The notes under the pieces are model-generated. The model saw nothing but the letters and a program-made list of their open reading frames with translations. It searched no databases and had not been told where the DNA came from. Positions 19,937 through 30,713 of a stretch of 64,000 nt of DNA are shown here, piece by piece. The stretch covers positions 640,001-704,000 of the forward strand of contig CAWJJC010000020.1 in assembly GCA_963843145.1 (NCBI GenBank). Reading direction: 5' to 3'. Position 1 is the first letter of the stretch. Each line of letters opens with the position of its first letter. Position numbers and translations under genes: made by a program. The DNA is from an uncultured delta proteobacterium (GTDB lineage Bacteria; Desulfobacterota; RBG-13-43-22).

Positions 19937-20635
19937 ATGGGAATGCCCATGACCGATCCTTTAAAAATAAATCCCCTTTTCAGTGGGTTGGATGATGAGG
20001 GTTTGCTCCGTATCAAGGAAATTTCCGGCCGCCGGGAGATAAAGAAAGGGGAAAGTCTCTTCAGCCAAGGAGAGGAGGCTAAAGGTTTTTATCTGGTCCT
20101 GCAGGGACGAATAAAAATTTATCGTTTGTCTCCCCAGGGGAAAGAGTATGTCTTGCGTATCGTCGGCCCTGGAGAAACGTTGGCAGAAGCGGCTGTTTTT
20201 TCAGGAAAAACATATCCAGCCTCAGCCGATTCGCTGGAGGACAGCCGACTTTATTATTTTAAAAAGAGCGATTTCGTTCACCTCATCCGACAGGACCCCC
20301 AATTGGCCCTGAATATGCTTTCCGGCCTCTCCCTCCTGCTTCGGAATCTGGCCCAGCAGGTGGAGGACCTTTCCCTGCATGAGGTCTCCTCCCGTTTGGC
20401 CCGTTATCTACTGGATCAAGCCGATAAAAAGAATTCCCCCCTGATTGACGGAGTCCAAATTCCGCTCGAAGTGAAGAAAAATCTGCTGGCCAGCCGATTG
20501 GGGACCATTGGGGAGACCCTTTCCAGGACATTGGCCAAAATGAAACAGCGGGGACTTCTGGAGATCAAAAAAGATGCCGTTATCATTCAGAACCTTGAGT
20601 TGCTAAAAGAGGTTGCCGAGGGGTTCAAATTATAA
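19937..20635 (+). CDS. Crp/Fnr family transcriptional regulator
   Basis: cNMP-binding fold and HTH LASRLGTIGETLSR. Confidence 0.92.
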   Translation: MGMPMTDPLKINPLFSGLDDEGLLRIKEISGRREIKKGESLFSQGEEAKGFYLVLQGRIKIYRLSPQGKEYVLRIVGPGETLAEAAVFSGKTYPASADSLEDSRLYYFKKSDFVHLIRQDPQLALNMLSGLSLLLRNLAQQVEDLSLHEVSSRLARYLLDQADKKNSPLIDGVQIPLEVKKNLLASRLGTIGETLSRTLAKMKQRGLLEIKKDAVIIQNLELLKEVAEGFKL

Positions 20636-20660
20636 TACAGTTTTTATCAGGAGGTTGATT

Positions 20661-21584
20661 TTGGATTTGATTTTTTTAGGAACGGGATCGGCTTGGGGGG
20701 TACCCGAACTGGGCTGCCCCTGCCGGATTTGTCAAAAGATGCGGTCCCTCCAGGAAGAACGGACCCGGAGCGCCTTTTTGCTTTCAGGCCGGGAAACCCT
20801 GCTCTTGGATTGCGGGCCGGATATCCGCCGGCAGTTGGCGAACTGGCCCATAGACCGATTGGATGCCATCCTCATCAGCCATGAACACGCCGACCATTAC
20901 TTCGGGCTGGATGAGCTCTTAGCTTTCCGCCGCCGACTCCCCCGGGAGAAATGGCGGCCCATCCCGACTTACGCCACCAGGGCTTCCTGGACCTCCATCA
21001 AAAAAACCTTCGGTTATTTGCTGGACTCGCTGCTGGAACCGAGGATCGCCAACCCGGGAGAACGGTTGGCGGGCCTGGCCACGGACGTCTATCCCTTTAA
21101 AACCTTTCATGGCGAATCAGCCCCCGGGTCAGTCGGTTATATCGTCGAAGAAACCGGTTCCGGAAACCATCACAAACTGGTGTACACTTCGGACTTTTTC
21201 GATTTGCCGAAGGAGGAACCCCGAGTAACGGACCCGGACATTTTGATTCTGCAATGCCATTGGCTTAACGAGCCGGTAATCAACCGGCCTCATCAAATGA
21301 GCCTGGAGCGGGGGATTGAATTTGTCAAATTATGGAAACCCCGGAGAGCGGTTTATTTGGTTCATCTTTCGGAGGCCTACCCGATTGACGGCGACCCCGC
21401 CAATGACGCCCTGAAGAAAGTGGCCGCCCGGAAGCCGAAGCGGGACCCGCAAACCGACCTGCCCTATCCCCTTCCGGGTTGTCAGGCGGAATGGCAGGAG
21501 GTGGCCGGCCGGCTTTTCAGCAACGAAGGACTTGACGTCCCGGTCATCGTTCCCCGGGATGGGCTCAAGGTAACCCTCTGGTAA
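20661..21584 (+). CDS. Metallo-beta-lactamase fold hydrolase (PhnP-like)
   Basis: FLGTGSAWGVP..GC.C..C, SHEHADH; TTG start after GGAGG. Confidence 0.85.
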   Translation: MDLIFLGTGSAWGVPELGCPCRICQKMRSLQEERTRSAFLLSGRETLLLDCGPDIRRQLANWPIDRLDAILISHEHADHYFGLDELLAFRRRLPREKWRPIPTYATRASWTSIKKTFGYLLDSLLEPRIANPGERLAGLATDVYPFKTFHGESAPGSVGYIVEETGSGNHHKLVYTSDFFDLPKEEPRVTDPDILILQCHWLNEPVINRPHQMSLERGIEFVKLWKPRRAVYLVHLSEAYPIDGDPANDALKKVAARKPKRDPQTDLPYPLPGCQAEWQEVAGRLFSNEGLDVPVIVPRDGLKVTLW

Positions 21585-21605
21585 ATCGGTTTTGCAGGAG
21601 GAATT

Positions 21606-22583
21606 ATGCTTTTCCCTGATTATCGCCCGCGGCGCTTGCGAAAGAACGAAACTTTTCGCCGCCTGATTCGAGAAACCACCTTGTCGGTGGATAATCTGAT
21701 TTATCCCCTGTTCGTAGTCCCGGGCAAAGGAGTGCGGCGCCCGATAGTCTCCATGCCCGGAGTGTTTCAGCTCTCCGTTGATGAGTTGATCAAAGAGGCC
21801 CAGGAAATCCTGGCGGCCCGAATACCGGCCATTATCCTCTTCGGGATCCCCGATAAAAAAGATGATCGGGCTTCCGGAGCCTACGCCGCCGAAGGGATCA
21901 TCCAGCGGGCGATTAAAGCCCTTAAAGATAAGGTACCGGATTTATTGGTTATAGGAGATGTCTGCCTCTGCGAGTATATGAGCCATGGCCATTGCGGACT
22001 TATCCGCCAGGGGGAAGTGGATAACGACGCCACCTTGGAACTCCTGGCCCGGACGGCTCTCTCTCAGGTCAAGGCCGGGGCGGATATGGTCGCCCCCAGC
22101 GATATGATGGACGGCCGGGTGGCCGAAATCCGTCAGGCTTTGGATGAGAACGGTTTTGAGCAGATCCCCATCATGGCCTATTCCGCCAAATACGCCTCGG
22201 CCTTTTACGGGCCCTTCCGCGAGGCCGCCGAATCGGCCCCTCAGTTCGGCGACCGAAAATCGTATCAGATGGATCCCCCCAATGTGCGGGAGGCGATCCG
22301 GGAGGCCAGCCTGGATATGGAGGAAGGGGCGGACATCCTGATGGTCAAACCGGCCCTGCCCTACCTGGATGTGATTGCCAAGGTCCGGGAGGAGTTTGAC
22401 CTGCCGGTGGCCGCCTATAACGTGAGCGGTGAGTACGCCATGGTCAAGGCCGCCGCCCTCCAGGGGTGGCTGGATGAAGAAAAAGTGATGATGGAAATGC
22501 TCATCGCCATCCGCCGGGCCGGGGCCGACTTGATCTTGACTTATTTTGCCAAGCAAGCGGCGGCCCTGCTGCAGAACCGCTAA
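21606..22583 (+). CDS. hemB: Porphobilinogen synthase
   Basis: [41 protein letters not shown]. Confidence 0.97.
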   Translation: MLFPDYRPRRLRKNETFRRLIRETTLSVDNLIYPLFVVPGKGVRRPIVSMPGVFQLSVDELIKEAQEILAARIPAIILFGIPDKKDDRASGAYAAEGIIQRAIKALKDKVPDLLVIGDVCLCEYMSHGHCGLIRQGEVDNDATLELLARTALSQVKAGADMVAPSDMMDGRVAEIRQALDENGFEQIPIMAYSAKYASAFYGPFREAAESAPQFGDRKSYQMDPPNVREAIREASLDMEEGADILMVKPALPYLDVIAKVREEFDLPVAAYNVSGEYAMVKAAALQGWLDEEKVMMEMLIAIRRAGADLILTYFAKQAAALLQNR

Positions 22584-23687
22584 ATGCATCCGAACGCTGA
22601 AACCGCCGCGAGCGGACCGTCGATTCCTCCGGTACGGCTGGTCGCCTGGGAGGTGACCCGGCAGTGCAACCTGTCCTGCCTCCACTGCCGGGCCTCCGCG
22701 GTCCTGGGGCCCTATGCCGACGAACTGACCACGCACGAGGGACTGAAACTTTTAGACCAGATCCGGGAAGTGGGTCAGCCGGTGATCATCCTCACCGGCG
22801 GAGAACCCTTGCTGCGCCCGGATATATTTGAACTGGCCCGTTACGGCCACGAACTGGGATTGCGGATGGTCATGGCCGTGAACGGGACCCTGCTGGATCC
22901 GGCCACGGCGTTGAAATTAAAAACCGCCGGCATCCAACGAATCAGCATCAGCCTCGACGGCGCCACGGCCGAAGGCCACGATCACTTCCGCCAGATGCCG
23001 GGGGCCTTTGCCGGGGTCCTTAAAGGAGTCGAGGCCGCCAAAACCGTGGGCCTGGAATTTCAAATCAATACCACCATCACCCGTCTCAATTTGGAGGAAA
23101 TTCCCCAAATCCAGGAGCTGGTTAAACAACTGGGGGCCGTGGCCCACCATATTTTCATGCTGGTTCCCACCGGGCGGGGCCGGTCTTTAACAGAGCAGAC
23201 CATTTCCGCGGAGGAATATGAGCAAACGTTGACCGGACTGGTTAAGAGAAAGGATGAATTTCCCCTGCCCATTAAAGCCACCTGCGCTCCCCATTATTAC
23301 CGGATCCTTCGGGAGCTGGCCCAGCAGGAAGGGCAGGAAATTACCGTTAAAACCCATGGCCTCGATGCCATGACCCGGGGCTGCCTGGGCGGGACCGGTT
23401 TTTGTTTCATTTCCCATCGGGGGCAGGTCCAACCTTGCGGCTATTTGGAACTCGAAGCCGGCAACGTCCGCCAGGAAACCTTTAAAACCATCTGGGAAGA
23501 CTCGCCACTCTTTTCAGCCCTGCGGGACAAATCGCAGTATCAGGGCAAGTGCGGGCAGTGTGAATATTTTCGGGTTTGTGGGGGGTGCCGGGCCCGCGCC
23601 TTTGCGGCTACTGGAAATTATTTAGGCGAGGAACCCCTCTGCAGCTACCAACCCAAACGCCGGGTGGGCGCCAAGAGCCATGCATGA
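22584..23687 (+). CDS. ahbD: Radical SAM/SPASM heme b synthase of the alternative heme pathway
   Basis: RLVAWEVTRQCNLSCLHCRA, TCAPHY.R, GCLGG.GFCFISH.G.VQPCGY, CGGCRARA; lies between hemB and ahbA. Confidence 0.82.
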   Translation: MHPNAETAASGPSIPPVRLVAWEVTRQCNLSCLHCRASAVLGPYADELTTHEGLKLLDQIREVGQPVIILTGGEPLLRPDIFELARYGHELGLRMVMAVNGTLLDPATALKLKTAGIQRISISLDGATAEGHDHFRQMPGAFAGVLKGVEAAKTVGLEFQINTTITRLNLEEIPQIQELVKQLGAVAHHIFMLVPTGRGRSLTEQTISAEEYEQTLTGLVKRKDEFPLPIKATCAPHYYRILRELAQQEGQEITVKTHGLDAMTRGCLGGTGFCFISHRGQVQPCGYLELEAGNVRQETFKTIWEDSPLFSALRDKSQYQGKCGQCEYFRVCGGCRARAFAATGNYLGEEPLCSYQPKRRVGAKSHA

Positions 23688-24166
23688 ACCCCACCGCCGA
23701 GAAAGCTTCTAAGTCTAAGATGGATCGGATCGATCGGGAGATCTTGAACGAGATCCAATCCCACTTCCCCCTACGGTCCCGCCCTTTCCGGGAAGTGGGG
23801 AAGAAGCTTCGACTCTCCGAAAAAGAGGTCATCTGGCGAGTATCCCGATTAAAGAATGAAGGGATCATCCGCCGTATCGGAGCTAATTTCAATTCCCGCC
23901 GTCTGGGATTTACCAGCACCCTGTGCGCGGCCAAAGTCCCGGAAGACAAGCTGCCCGACTTCATCGCCACAGTCAATCGCTACCCGGGCGTAACCCACAA
24001 CTATGAGCGGGACGGGGATTATAACATCTGGTTCACTTTTATCGGCGAATCCATGGAGACCATTGAGCAGGCCTTGGAGGAGATTAAGGCCGGTACGGGA
24101 GTTAATGATTTGATCAGTTTACCGGCCGAGAAAATTTTCAAAATCCGGGTTGATTTTGAAGTGTAG
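23684..24166 (+). CDS. ahbA: Siroheme decarboxylase subunit alpha (AsnC/Lrp-like)
   Basis: IQSHFPL..RPF, GIIRRIG, STLCAAKVP, VTHNYER...YNIWFT. Confidence 0.88.
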   Translation: MNPTAEKASKSKMDRIDREILNEIQSHFPLRSRPFREVGKKLRLSEKEVIWRVSRLKNEGIIRRIGANFNSRRLGFTSTLCAAKVPEDKLPDFIATVNRYPGVTHNYERDGDYNIWFTFIGESMETIEQALEEIKAGTGVNDLISLPAEKIFKIRVDFEV

Positions 24167-24193
24167 CCGCTCTGCTCATTGAAGGAGAAAGGA

Positions 24194-24901
24194 ATGGAAA
24201 AAAAAGCGCCCCCGGAGGATCGGGTGGAACCCAGGGTAGAAATAGACTCCGACTTGGAGGAATTCGAAGAACAGCGCCGTCCGGATTGGGCGGTCAGACC
24301 GGGCCCGGAAAAGAAGCCCATTACCCGCTGGGTGCTTGGTCCGATCTTGTTGGCCGCCCTGGCGGCCTTGGGTTATGCCTTTTGGCTTATCTGGGGCATG
24401 AAACCCCTACCCTCGGCCAAGCCTTCCATCCCCCCGGAAATAGTGGCTTTAAGAGGAGAGGTCCAAAAATTGAACACGGATTTAGGCGGCCTGATCAAAG
24501 ATCTGGGGGATTTGAAGGCGGAGCAAAAGACAACGGCCGGAAAGCTGGCCGGGTTACAGGGCCAATTGGCCAATTTGTCCAGAAAAATGGAAGCGGCGCA
24601 GGCCAGAAAGATAGAATCGGCCCCTGCTAAAAAGACAGAATCGGTCCCGGTCAAAAAGGTAGAACCGGAGCAGGCCAGAAAAATAGAAAAAGCGCCCGCC
24701 AAAAAAAAAGAGAAAAACCAGGAGAAGAAACCCGTCCGTAAAACTTTTGTCTATAAAATACGCCCCCATGACACCTTGCCTTCCTTGGCCAAAAAATTCG
24801 GTGTGGTGCCCGAAGATATTCGCCGTTGGAACAATTTATCTCCCAAAGAAGGGCTGGAAGTCGGCCAGTTGCTGACCATTTATTCAGGCCTGGCCCGATA
24901 G
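24194..24901 (+). CDS. Membrane-anchored coiled-coil protein with C-terminal LysM domain
   Basis: One TM helix, heptad region, YKIRPHDTLPSLAKKFGV..EDIRRWNNL...L.VGQ.L. Confidence 0.8.
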   Translation: MEKKAPPEDRVEPRVEIDSDLEEFEEQRRPDWAVRPGPEKKPITRWVLGPILLAALAALGYAFWLIWGMKPLPSAKPSIPPEIVALRGEVQKLNTDLGGLIKDLGDLKAEQKTTAGKLAGLQGQLANLSRKMEAAQARKIESAPAKKTESVPVKKVEPEQARKIEKAPAKKKEKNQEKKPVRKTFVYKIRPHDTLPSLAKKFGVVPEDIRRWNNLSPKEGLEVGQLLTIYSGLAR

Positions 24902-24996
24902 TCCCGGTTGATCAGATCTGTTGTTGGGTGAATCCCCTTTTTAAGTGGGTACCCCCCCTATCGGGTCTGGCTACCCAAAAGGGCGAAGAATTTATT

Positions 24997-26202
24997 TTAT
25001 AAGTCCCTGAACCCGAACAGCACCTTTTCGTAAGGCTCAAACATCATTTGATAGAGGTCCATGGCGTAGCGGTCGGTCATGCCGGAGATATAATCCACAA
25101 TCACCCGCCGAAGGGCTGGATCGGCTCCCGCCTTCGCGATCCGGGCGAATAAGGCCCTCGGCAGCATCTCCGGTCTTTTTTCCAGATGGCGAAAAATACG
25201 AGTCAGGATAAGCCTCCCTTTTTCGTTCATAATGCAGACTTGGGGGCTTTTATAAACGTGTTCAAAAAGAAACCGCTTCAAGGCCTTGAAATCCTCCCAG
25301 TCTTTTTCCGGCGCCGTGACCATGGGCCCTGCTGTTTTCCAGACCTGTTCCCGGGAATTGATTCCATATTGATCGATACGGGCGAGGGTCCGGGTAATAA
25401 CCATGACATTGGTTTCCTCGATGAGTGTCCGCACCAACAGCCGGGCCTGAATGATGGTCCCCCCTTCTTCGAAACCATCGTAATGGGTCCGGCATTTCTG
25501 AAACACCCGTTGCAACAGTGGGTTATCCAACTCATGAATGGTTTTGATGGACAGGAAGCCGGCGTTCAGGGCGTCCTCCAAATCGTGAGCGCAGTAGGCC
25601 AAGGGGTCGGCGATGTTGACCACCTGGGCCTCCAGGCTCGGCTGGCCCCGGCGCTGGAATTCTGACGGGATGCTGGGGTGGTCATAGGTGGTCGCGTGGC
25701 GGGCGATCCCTTCCCGGGTTTCATAGCAGAGGTTCAGCCCCTCGTAAGCCGGATAGCGTTTTTCCAGAAGGTCCACGATCCGCAGGCTCTGGAGGTTATG
25801 CTCAAAGCCCCCCTCCTGCTTCATGATTTCGTTCAGCGTCTCTTCACCGGTATGGCCGAAGGGTGTGTGGCCCATGTCATGGGCGTAGGCTATGGCCTCG
25901 CACAAATCTTCGTTAAGCCTTAGCGCGCGGGCCAAGGTCCGGGCATGCTGGGCCACCTCCAGGGTGTGGGTTAAGCGAGTGCGGTAGAAATCCCCCTCGC
26001 TGATCAGAAAAACCTGGGTCTTGTATTGCAGGTCCTTAAAAGCCTTGCTGTATAGAATTCGGTCCCGGTCCCTCTGAAAATTAGTCCGAAATTCATCCGG
26101 CTCGTCCCCATGCAGGGTCCGGCCCAGACTCCGGGCGCTTTTCGAGGCATAGGGCGCCAAGGTCATTTCTTCAATTTCTTCCAACCTTTCCCGAGGGATC
26201 AT
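24997..26202 (-). CDS. dgt: Deoxyguanosinetriphosphate triphosphohydrolase
   Basis: RT.FQRDRDRI, KTQV, RTRLTHTLEV, HDMGH.PFGH.GE, DYISGMTD.YA. Confidence 0.93.
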   Translation of the reverse strand: MIPRERLEEIEEMTLAPYASKSARSLGRTLHGDEPDEFRTNFQRDRDRILYSKAFKDLQYKTQVFLISEGDFYRTRLTHTLEVAQHARTLARALRLNEDLCEAIAYAHDMGHTPFGHTGEETLNEIMKQEGGFEHNLQSLRIVDLLEKRYPAYEGLNLCYETREGIARHATTYDHPSIPSEFQRRGQPSLEAQVVNIADPLAYCAHDLEDALNAGFLSIKTIHELDNPLLQRVFQKCRTHYDGFEEGGTIIQARLLVRTLIEETNVMVITRTLARIDQYGINSREQVWKTAGPMVTAPEKDWEDFKALKRFLFEHVYKSPQVCIMNEKGRLILTRIFRHLEKRPEMLPRALFARIAKAGADPALRRVIVDYISGMTDRYAMDLYQMMFEPYEKVLFGFRDL

Positions 26203-26298
26203 GATGGCCGCCCTTTCGTTTGTTGCCTGGATACTTGGGCTAATATATTGGAAAAACTTAAATTAATAAACCGAAAAAATTTTTTTTGTATTTAGGGC

Positions 26299-26352
26299 TT
26301 GAAATTTAAATAATAACGCCTTATATTAGCACTGTCACATGATGAGTGCCAA
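26299..26352 (+). promoter_or_regulatory. groESL promoter with CIRCE (HrcA operator)
   Basis: TTAGCACTG-N9-GAGTGCCAA at 26326-26352, one mismatch per arm from CIRCE; TTGAAA-N17-TATATT promoter overlaps it. Confidence 0.88.
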
Positions 26353-26409
26353 TAACCCAATTCTGTTCTGTAGTAAAAAATCAAACTATGCAGGAAGGAG
26401 AGTACCAGT

Positions 26410-26697
26410 ATGAAGATCAGGCCATTGCATGATCGAGTCATCGTTCAGCGGATTGCTGAGGAAGAGGTGACCAAGGGTGGAATCATTATTCCGGATACCG
26501 CCAAAGAGAAACCCCAAGAGGGTAAAGTGATCGCCGTGGGCCCCGGAAAAGTTCTGGACAGCGGAACCAAGGTTCCCATGGACGTCAAGGCAGGGGATAA
26601 GGTTCTTTTTGGGAAATATTCCGGGACCGAGATCAAGATCGACGGGGAAGAGTATTTAATGATGCGCGAAGATGATATCTTAGGCGTAGTGGAATAA
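26410..26697 (+). CDS. groES: Co-chaperonin GroES
   Basis: [10 protein letters not shown]...[16 protein letters not shown]. Confidence 0.98.
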   Translation: MKIRPLHDRVIVQRIAEEEVTKGGIIIPDTAKEKPQEGKVIAVGPGKVLDSGTKVPMDVKAGDKVLFGKYSGTEIKIDGEEYLMMREDDILGVVE

Positions 26698-26708
26698 GGA
26701 GGGATAAT

Positions 26709-28358
26709 ATGTCTGCTAAAGAAATTCGCTATAGTGTCAAGGCCCGCGAGGCTATGGCCAAGGGCATTGATACCTTGGCCGATGCGGTAAAGGTAACCTT
26801 GGGCCCCAAGGGCCGCAATGTGATTTTGGACAAATCTTTCGGTTCCCCGACGATTACCAAGGATGGCGTTACGGTAGCCAAGGAGATCGAATTAGAGGAT
26901 AAGTTTGAAAATATGGGGGCCCAGATGGTGAAGGAAGTGGCCTCCAAGACCAGCGATGTGGCCGGTGACGGGACCACCACCGCGACTCTGTTGGCTCAGT
27001 CCATCTATCGCGAAGGTTCCAAGTTAGTGGCGGCCGGAAGCAATCCCATGGCCATCAAGCGGGGGATTGAAAAGGCTGTGGAACAGGTAATAGAAGAACT
27101 GAAAAAGATCAGCAAACCCACCAAAGATCACAAAGAAATCGCCCAGGTCGGGACCATTTCGGCCAACAACGACTCCACCATCGGCAATATTATTGCCGAG
27201 GCCATGGAAAAAGTCGGTAAAGAAGGCGTCATTACCGTAGAAGAGGCCAAAAGCATGGAAACCACCCTGGAGGTGGTTGAAGGCATGCAGTTCGATCGGG
27301 GCTATATCTCCCCCTATTTCGTGACCGACCCGGAAAAAATGACCGCCGTTTTAAACGATCCCTACATCCTGATCAACGAAAAAAAGATCAGTAACATGAA
27401 AGACCTGCTGCCTCTGTTGGAGCAGATCGCCAAGATGGGCCGTCCCCTGCTCATCATTGCCGAGGAAGTCGAGGGCGAAGCCCTGGCCACCCTGGTGGTG
27501 AATAAACTGCGGGGCACCTTCTCCTGCGCCGCCGTCAAGGCCCCGGGCTTCGGGGATCGACGGAAGGCCATGCTGGAAGACATCGCCATTCTAACCGGCG
27601 GCCAGATGATCTCCGAAGACTTAGGGATCAAGCTGGAAAATGTAGCCTTAAAGGATTTAGGAACCGCCAAACGGGTCAGTATCGATAAGGATAATACGAC
27701 CATCGTCGACGGCGGCGGGGAAAAATCGGCTCTCGAAGGCCGGGTGAAACAGATCCGGGCCCAGATCGATGAGACCACCTCCGATTATGACCGCGAGAAA
27801 CTGCAGGAGCGCCTGGCCAAGTTGATCGGCGGCGTGGCCGTCATCAATGTGGGGGCCGCCACCGAAACCGAGATGAAGGAAAAGAAGGCCCGCGTGGAAG
27901 ACGCCTTGAACGCCACCCGAGCGGCGGTTGAGGAAGGCATTGTTCCCGGCGGAGGCGTGGCCTTGCTGCGCAGCATCGCCGGACTGGACAAAATCAAGGC
28001 GGAAGGCGAAGAGGCCTTAGGGGTCAACATCATTCGCCGAGCCTTAGAGGAACCGGTCCGTCAAATCGCCAACAACGCCGGCTTTGAGGGTTCCGTAGTG
28101 GTAGAGAAACTGAAGTCCGAAAAGGGCGCGACCGGCTTCAACGCCGAAACCGGCGTTTATGAAGACCTGATGAAAGCCGGGGTCATCGACCCGACCAAAG
28201 TCACCCGTTTTGCCTTGCAGAATGCGGCTTCCGTAGCCTCGCTGCTTTTGACCACCGAAGCCATGGTGGCCGAGAAGCCTGCTCCCAAGGAAGCCATGCC
28301 GGGGATGCCTCCGGGCGGCGGTATGGGTGGTATGGGCGGTATGGGTGGTATGTACTAG
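26709..28358 (+). CDS. groEL: Chaperonin GroEL
   Basis: [20 protein letters not shown]-repeat tail. Confidence 0.99.
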   Translation: MSAKEIRYSVKAREAMAKGIDTLADAVKVTLGPKGRNVILDKSFGSPTITKDGVTVAKEIELEDKFENMGAQMVKEVASKTSDVAGDGTTTATLLAQSIYREGSKLVAAGSNPMAIKRGIEKAVEQVIEELKKISKPTKDHKEIAQVGTISANNDSTIGNIIAEAMEKVGKEGVITVEEAKSMETTLEVVEGMQFDRGYISPYFVTDPEKMTAVLNDPYILINEKKISNMKDLLPLLEQIAKMGRPLLIIAEEVEGEALATLVVNKLRGTFSCAAVKAPGFGDRRKAMLEDIAILTGGQMISEDLGIKLENVALKDLGTAKRVSIDKDNTTIVDGGGEKSALEGRVKQIRAQIDETTSDYDREKLQERLAKLIGGVAVINVGAATETEMKEKKARVEDALNATRAAVEEGIVPGGGVALLRSIAGLDKIKAEGEEALGVNIIRRALEEPVRQIANNAGFEGSVVVEKLKSEKGATGFNAETGVYEDLMKAGVIDPTKVTRFALQNAASVASLLLTTEAMVAEKPAPKEAMPGMPPGGGMGGMGGMGGMY

Positions 28359-28376
28359 ACCGTACTCAATCCAACA

Positions 28377-28412
28377 AAAACAAAAAGCCCCCGCTTGGGG
28401 GCTTTTTGTTTT
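28377..28412 (+). terminator. Intrinsic terminator after groEL
   Basis: AAAACAAAAAGCCCCC-GCTT-GGGGGCTTTTTGTTTT. Confidence 0.9.
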
Positions 28413-28449
28413 CAAATTCGCTTCTGCTTGATTTCCGGACCTAATTCGG

Positions 28450-28478
28450 TTGACTTGCCGTTTTTAATTCATTAGAAT
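28450..28478 (+). promoter_or_regulatory. Putative sigma70 promoter
   Basis: TTGACT-N17-TAGAAT about 40 nt before the SH3 gene. Confidence 0.6.
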
Positions 28479-28519
28479 TCATTCTCCGCTAAACTACTAA
28501 CCCGAAAAAGGGAGCCGCC

Positions 28520-29176
28520 ATGATGAAACGCTTATGGTCTGCCGTACTAGGGTTGATGATTCTATCCGCTTCACCCCTCTGGGCTAAAACCATGTTCATA
28601 ACCGATCGCATTGAAGTCGGAGTCCGGTCCGGCATCGGGATTGAGCAGAAGTTTGTAGCCACGGCCAAGACCGGGGACCGGGTGGAGGTCCTGGAAGGCG
28701 ATCAAAATTGGACGAAAGTCAAACTGACCAATGGAGTCGTCGGTTGGGTGGCCACCCGTTTTCTGGTGGACCAGGTCAGAACGACGGCTGCCCCGGACCC
28801 AAAGATGCAGGAGGAATTCAAGGGAGTAAGAGATCAAAATTTGGCCCTCTCGAAAATCCTCGAAGGCTATAAACAGGAACGGGAAAAACTGCTGAAGGAA
28901 AACGCGGAGGGGAAGAAAGCCCTGCAGGACCTGCAGCAGGAAAAGCAGAGCCGGGTGTCCCCGGAACTGAATCAACTGAAGGCCCACAACGATCAACTCG
29001 AGAAGCAGATTAATGAGTTAAAGCAGCAGGCGACTGCCAACCAACAAAGGGGAAAGAACCAGCGCCTCAACGAACAGATCTGGTGGTTTTTATCCGGTTC
29101 AGGCGTGCTCTTTATCGGGCTTATCCTTGGTTGGTTGGCCAGCCGGGGGAAAAAGAAAACTGCCAAGTATTACTAG
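28520..29176 (+). CDS. SH3 domain membrane protein (YgiM/TIGR04211-like)
   Basis: Signal peptide, SH3b (VRSG.G...GWV..RFL), coiled coil, C-terminal TM WFLSGSGVL. Confidence 0.85.
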   Translation: MMKRLWSAVLGLMILSASPLWAKTMFITDRIEVGVRSGIGIEQKFVATAKTGDRVEVLEGDQNWTKVKLTNGVVGWVATRFLVDQVRTTAAPDPKMQEEFKGVRDQNLALSKILEGYKQEREKLLKENAEGKKALQDLQQEKQSRVSPELNQLKAHNDQLEKQINELKQQATANQQRGKNQRLNEQIWWFLSGSGVLFIGLILGWLASRGKKKTAKYY

Positions 29177-29189
29177 CCTCTTTCCTGCC

Positions 29190-29347
29190 TGATGACCTCG
29201 CAGAAAGTCTCCAGGGCAGTCATTGCGAGGAGTGAAGCGACGAAGCAATCCCCAATAATCAGCTACTTGCCAAGACGGGGATTAGCATCCCCCGGATCAA
29301 GTCCGGGGTCGCAATGACGGTTTTTTCGACTTTTTGCGAAATCATCA
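29190..29347. mobile_element. MITE-like element enclosing an RPE-like palindrome at the left edge of the defence island
   Basis: 20-bp TIRs TGATGACCTCGCAGAAAGTC / GACTTTTTGCGAAATCATCA (3 mismatches) around GTCATTGCGAG...CGCAATGAC. Confidence 0.7.
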
Positions 29348-29372
29348 TGCCTGACAACCTCTGAAATTGTCC

Positions 29373-29402
29373 AAAAGCCTCCAAATAGGGGGCTTTTTTT
29401 TG
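29373..29402 (+). terminator. Intrinsic terminator
   Basis: AAAAGCCTCC-AAATA-GGGGGCTTTT followed by a long T tract. Confidence 0.7.
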
Positions 29403-29570
29403 GTATGCCGGGGGCTGTCCTCCAAACCTCCCCCCGCTTGACCTGAAACAAATTATTCCCAGCCGCGATAACCCTTCAAATCAAAACCCTTTGATTTTTT
29501 TATTTTATTTTGTTTTAATGGGCCAACATCTATGTTTTGATTTGTTCATTCTTGAATTAATTTTAGGTTG

Positions 29571-29663
29571 GAATCCCCAGAGATGAGGAAACGGTTCGAG
29601 GAATTTCTGGATCAACTCACCAAGGGCAAGGAGCCCGACAAAGTGCGCATTGTCTTGGAGTGA
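29571..29663 (+). pseudogene. Orphan C-terminal fragment resembling the end of DUF6079 (BREX type 3-associated ATPase) proteins
   Basis: [30 protein letters not shown] ends 3 nt before the Fic start, preceded by unrelated AT-rich DNA; family recalled from memory. Confidence 0.55.
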
Positions 29664-29666
29664 ACC

Positions 29667-30713
29667 ATGAAATCATTTGAAACCAATTATCTTGAAAAAC
29701 ATCCCTTGCCGCATTCGCTGTTACGAACTATCCGATTATTGGGCGAATATCGCGGAAAAGAATCGCTTTTTAAACAGCAGACACCCCAAGTACTCGAATC
29801 CTTGCGCCAGGCGGCCATGATCCAGAGTACCGAATCCTCCAACCGTATCGAGGGGATCGAAGCCCCGGCCGAAAGAATCAAGAAAATCGTGGAGCAAAAG
29901 ACCACGCCGAAGAATCGTTCCGAACAGGAGATCGCCGGATATCGTGATGCACTGGCGACGATTCACGCCAACTACCCCAACATGCCCTTTACCCCAGGCC
30001 TTGTCCTTCAACTCCACCGCGATCTTTATCAGTTCGTGGCCCAGCAGGGCGGACGCTGGAAAATGACGGACAATGAGATTTCCGAAACCCGCGCCGACGG
30101 CACAAAGGTTACTCGGTTCAGACCGATTCCCGCTCATCAAACGCCCGAGGCCATGGATAGGCTCCATACCCTTTTTAAGGAACAATGGGACCGGGAAGAA
30201 ATCGATCCACTGCTGCTGATCCCTGCCTACGTGCTCGATTTCCTCTGTATTCATCCATTCACCGATGGTAACGGGAGGATGGCGCGGCTGCTGACTCTGC
30301 TTCTCCTCTATCAAGCCGGTTTTGAAGTTGGCCGTTACATCAGTTTGGAACATCTGATCGAGAACCAGCGGGAAGGGTACTACGATGCGCTCTATAAATC
30401 TTCTCAGGGGTGGCACGATGGCGAACATTCATTACTGCCCTGGTGGGAATATTTTCTGGGTGTTATGCTCCAGGGCGCCTACCATGAATTCGAGCGCCGA
30501 ACCGGTGAACTGACCACAGCTCACGGGGCCAAGCGGGAGAGGATCATCGACGTTATATCGCGGTTTTCGGACAAATTTCAGGTGGCAGACATTGAACGGG
30601 CCTGTCCGGGCGTCAGCCGCCCGACTATCAATCGCGCCCTTCGAGACCTTCGCCAGGCGGGTAAAATCAGTTGCCTTAAAGGAGGGCGAGACGCCGTTTG
30701 GCAGAAAACGTGA
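29667..30713 (+). CDS. Fic family protein with C-terminal HTH
   Basis: HPFTDGNGRMAR motif; N-terminal SNRIEG inhibitory-type motif. Confidence 0.92.
   Translation: MKSFETNYLEKHPLPHSLLRTIRLLGEYRGKESLFKQQTPQVLESLRQAAMIQSTESSNRIEGIEAPAERIKKIVEQKTTPKNRSEQEIAGYRDALATIHANYPNMPFTPGLVLQLHRDLYQFVAQQGGRWKMTDNEISETRADGTKVTRFRPIPAHQTPEAMDRLHTLFKEQWDREEIDPLLLIPAYVLDFLCIHPFTDGNGRMARLLTLLLLYQAGFEVGRYISLEHLIENQREGYYDALYKSSQGWHDGEHSLLPWWEYFLGVMLQGAYHEFERRTGELTTAHGAKRERIIDVISRFSDKFQVADIERACPGVSRPTINRALRDLRQAGKISCLKGGRDAVWQKT

Noticed and set aside
28315-28355. Tandem GGTATGGG(T/C) repeat
   Set aside because: Encodes the ordinary Gly-Gly-Met tail of GroEL
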